From the human T2T-CHM13v2.0 reference genome, Homo sapiens: a stretch of 64,000 bases of DNA. The position numbers and the translations under genes are program-made. The stretch is taken from NCBI GenBank assembly GCA_009914755.4, contig CP068257.2, positions 12,192,001 to 12,256,000 on the forward strand. The letters are read 5' to 3'. Under the pieces are notes generated by a model. It was not told where the DNA came from and did not search any database. It worked only from the letters and a program-made list of their open reading frames with translations. Positions 61,524 to 64,000 of the stretch are shown piece by piece. The first letter of the stretch is position 1. Each line of letters starts with the position of its first letter.

Positions 61524-64000
61524 GGGAAATGGCCTTTCCTCCAAGACACAGGGAGAGACAGTCGGCCTCAGGGTCCAGGTTCCCAGCTCCACACTCACCC
61601 CAAAGGCCCTCTGGGCCCATCTCAAAGGAGACAGTGAGGTGGCCTGGCACTGCCTGGACACACCATCTACCCTATTCCTGAGTGTCAAAGTGTTAGGAAG
61701 GGAGGGACATTTGGCAGATGAGACACACTGTGCTGTTGGGTCTCCCAGGACCCTTCCCACAGAGCCCCGATCTAAAGACACAGCACAGAGGCTACAGGAA
61801 GACTAATCCAGAACCTCTGAGGCTGAGCCAGGGACCACATGAGGACTGTCCCCAGAGAGCCAGAAGGCCCTTTGCTAGTTTCTTGGTACCTCAGTGGATG
61901 CAGCAGCTGTTCTTCTGTTGGGGACCAGTGAGTACACGCTGGGGAGGGCTCGCCTGTGCTTCCTCAGTGGCTCCACCTCTGCTTCTAAAAAAAATTACTC
62001 ATTCCAGCGCTGGGGCAGAGAAAATACAAGATGAGCTTAGAACATCTTGTGCCAGAAAGTAAAAAAGTGCTGACAGAGTAATGGAGACAAATCAAAAACA
62101 CAACAAGTCAGCTTGGAATGTCTACCACTGGCCTAATCTTGGGGAATTGGAGCATCAGAATCATGAGCTTTCCTTCTCCCTTATTTATTGGTTTTATTTC
62201 TCCATGTAGAACAAAGAAGAGAATAAGAAAATAATCATCTGGCAACCATCATAGTAATAATTGTTCAAACACAAGTCATCCATGAAATGCTAAATCTAGT
62301 GGGTTCTGAGGAGTAACCAGATATTTACAGAGCCTCAAAGTATCTCCATACAAAATATGGTTGAACTACAAAAACAAAATAGTAGCATTAGCATGGACAA
62401 ACCTGGCAGGTACTCCTTAAGTCTCCTAAGTAATAAAAACTGTAAACTGCAAATAAGCCTTCGATGACCTTTACTAACCTTTACTAAAGTATCAATGATG
62501 ACTTGGTTGTTTAAACAGCTGATATTTGGGCAATTTGAGTATGTCAAACTAAATAATACTTGTTTTCATTTGCAAGATCCACTTAAAACTTAAGGAGGCT
62601 AAAAAACATCATTTAAAATACCCTATAAATTATCATCGTACATATGATACAAAAATATCCTACTTCAGTAAATATTGTAATGTTATATATTTTATGAGAA
62701 ACAATTAAAATGTGTAAATAGCCCAGTAATAAAGTTTTATAATCTTTTAAATCATACAATTTTTCCTTAAAACTTTATGGCTAAATATTCTCTTCATTAG
62801 ATGTGGCTTACCAGTGGATTCTAGAGAAGAAAATAGATGGGAGCAAGTGTCCAACACAGCAACAGCTAGAAAGAAAAATAAAGAATTATGTCCTTTACCT
62901 AAAGCACTTCAGTTAACTAAATGTGAGTTTAAAAACTAAAGAGTTGTGAACTTTATCAGAGTTTATAAGTATGAGAAATATGTATGTACATTTACAATAC
63001 AAAATTACTATTTAATAATTTACACATGGCATTAATTCTAATTGTGTTTAAATATCAGAGCTTTTTCATTCTTCATTCATGTAATCAACAGCCATGTGCC
63101 AAGGTACTAGAACCAGCACTGGAATTACAAGAGGAAGATGGTGTGGTCCACCTCTCAACAGTCATATGCTATAACCTAAAAAAACAGACAGGCAGGTAAT
63201 GTCCATATAGAGTCATAGATACCATGACAGGTATACAGCAGGGCACTACTGGAACACACAGAAGGGACACCTACCCACTTTTATGTCAACATCATGGGCT
63301 TTCTGATGGAGGAGATATCATAGGTTGATACCTGAAGGACAAGGAAAAGCTTGCCAGATAGAGGGAAGAGGCAAAGGCAAAGAGCCTGAGATGAGGAAGA
63401 GCCCTGCAGAGTTCCACTCCATCAAGTTTGGGCTACAGCAAAGGGTAGAGTGCAGTAAGTGGTGAGAGACAAGGCTGAGTAACTTGACAAGAATTACATT
63501 GACATGGGTGTTTTTATTTCATGGTGAAAAATCTGGAATGTTTCCTGAGAACAAGTGTAAGCCAATGACACAGTAAATGACAGGAGATTTAAAATGTCAC
63601 CTGTCAAGTGACTGCTTATGAAGGGTTATTGCTCAACTAAGCATTTCTGAATGAGTCTAAGGTCTGTTGGCCTTCAATTTCTACCAAAACCCTGAGAACT
63701 TGATGATGCCTGTGTTTTCTGAGAATCGTTTCAGTGTGCTGGCTGACAGTTCCATGAGGATGGCAAAACTTAAGAAAGTGTAGAGCCAGTGAAAAAGAGA
63801 TGCACAGACTTCTTGGGAATTTTTTAAGCTACAGAACATGATGAATTTATGGTGCATAAGTACAGTCTTCTCTGTGAAAGTTTTTGTTTTCACATCTTTC
63901 ATTAGATGTGTGTAAGAAAAAAAATACTTGACGTAGTATCTACTAACCCAAGAATGAAAAGGAATGCCATTTGCTATTTACACTTTATTTCTAAAATAAA

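Noticed and set aside
61505-61800. A SINE or retroposon with a poly(A) tail on the minus strand, read as poly(T)19 on the plus strand
   Set aside because: The adjoining sequence (61,524-61,800) has no recognisable Alu or other SINE body that I can identify, so this may be a simple homopolymer.
63150-63560. An ancient interspersed repeat (MER/MamRep-like) in the AT-rich right end ('...cagatagagggaagaggcaaaggcaaagagcctgagatgaggaag...')
   Set aside because: It only has the general look of old mammalian repeats. I cannot assign a family or boundaries without a database search.
1-64000. A prokaryotic gene system (defence island, operon or CRISPR locus), as the task framing suggests
   Set aside because: The sequence shows mammalian hallmarks: MaLR LTR-like repeats, CpG depletion, (TG)n and poly-A/T tracts, kb-scale satellite structure and a GTGAGT splice-donor-like motif. 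There are no long ORFs with plausible start or Shine-Dalgarno context and no operon-like gene packing.
1-64000. Species assignment (primate, from the THE1/MST-like LTRs; or non-primate, from the absence of recognisable Alu in ~10 kb of flank)
   Set aside because: Both cues are weak. The LTR-like copies are too diverged to place in a MaLR subfamily by eye, and Alu-free 10 kb stretches occur in primates.

Overview
This window is eukaryotic, almost certainly mammalian, non-coding DNA. It is not a prokaryotic locus, and I find no gene system, CRISPR array or protein-coding gene that I can support. The six-frame ORFs are short, proline/serine/tryptophan-rich, overlap on both strands, and are broken by frameshifts between otherwise near-identical repeat copies, so I treat them as artefacts of repetitive DNA. 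The mammalian call rests on the CpG-poor composition, (TG)n and poly-A/T tracts, a GT-rich microsatellite, and many fragments that match, from memory, the reverse complement of an ERVL-MaLR LTR consensus (the THE1/MST/MLT1 type; landmarks 'ggtttaattggctcatggttctgcagg', 'cccaatcataccagaaggccaag', 'cagatctcatgagaactcactatca', 'atgattaaatcacctcccaccaggccccacc', 'ggattacaattccacatgagttttggtagggacacacagccaaaccatattattctga').

The dominant feature is a ~54 kb macrosatellite from about 3,872 to 57,680. It has 19 head-to-tail monomers of ~3.1-3.5 kb, and each monomer is itself built from diverged ~560-600 bp LTR-derived sub-repeats. The monomers fall into six diverged types (A-F) that recur in fixed order. 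This gives a higher-order repeat (HOR) of ~19.4-19.6 kb. HOR copies differ by only a few percent by eye, whereas the monomer types within a HOR are far more diverged. HOR copy 1 spans 6,883-26,235 and copy 2 spans 26,236-45,788. Copy 3 (45,789-55,497) carries a ~9.8 kb internal deletion with a B-type/E-type hybrid junction at about 51,495-51,535, which looks like unequal crossover. The left array edge is abrupt: it abuts a degenerate 15-17 bp minisatellite at 2,990-3,872. The right edge decays through truncated, diverged monomers from 55,498 to 57,680.

A second minisatellite of the same motif (CCACTGACCAGGYCC) and the same orientation lies at 60,795-61,425, so the array sits between two copies of one minisatellite family. 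Both flanks contain medium-sized inverted repeats: 1,830-2,095 with 2,540-2,805; 58,270-58,410 with 58,806-58,950; and a hairpin-like pair at 59,140-59,230 with 59,378-59,468. Other small features are (GGAGCT)n microsatellites whose copy number varies between HOR copies, an A11G12 homopolymer junction, strongly C-rich tracts that could form G4 or i-motif structures, an impure (TG)n stretch and a T19 run. I cannot assign a species. No Alu was recognised, and the MaLR-like fragments are too diverged to place in a subfamily by eye.
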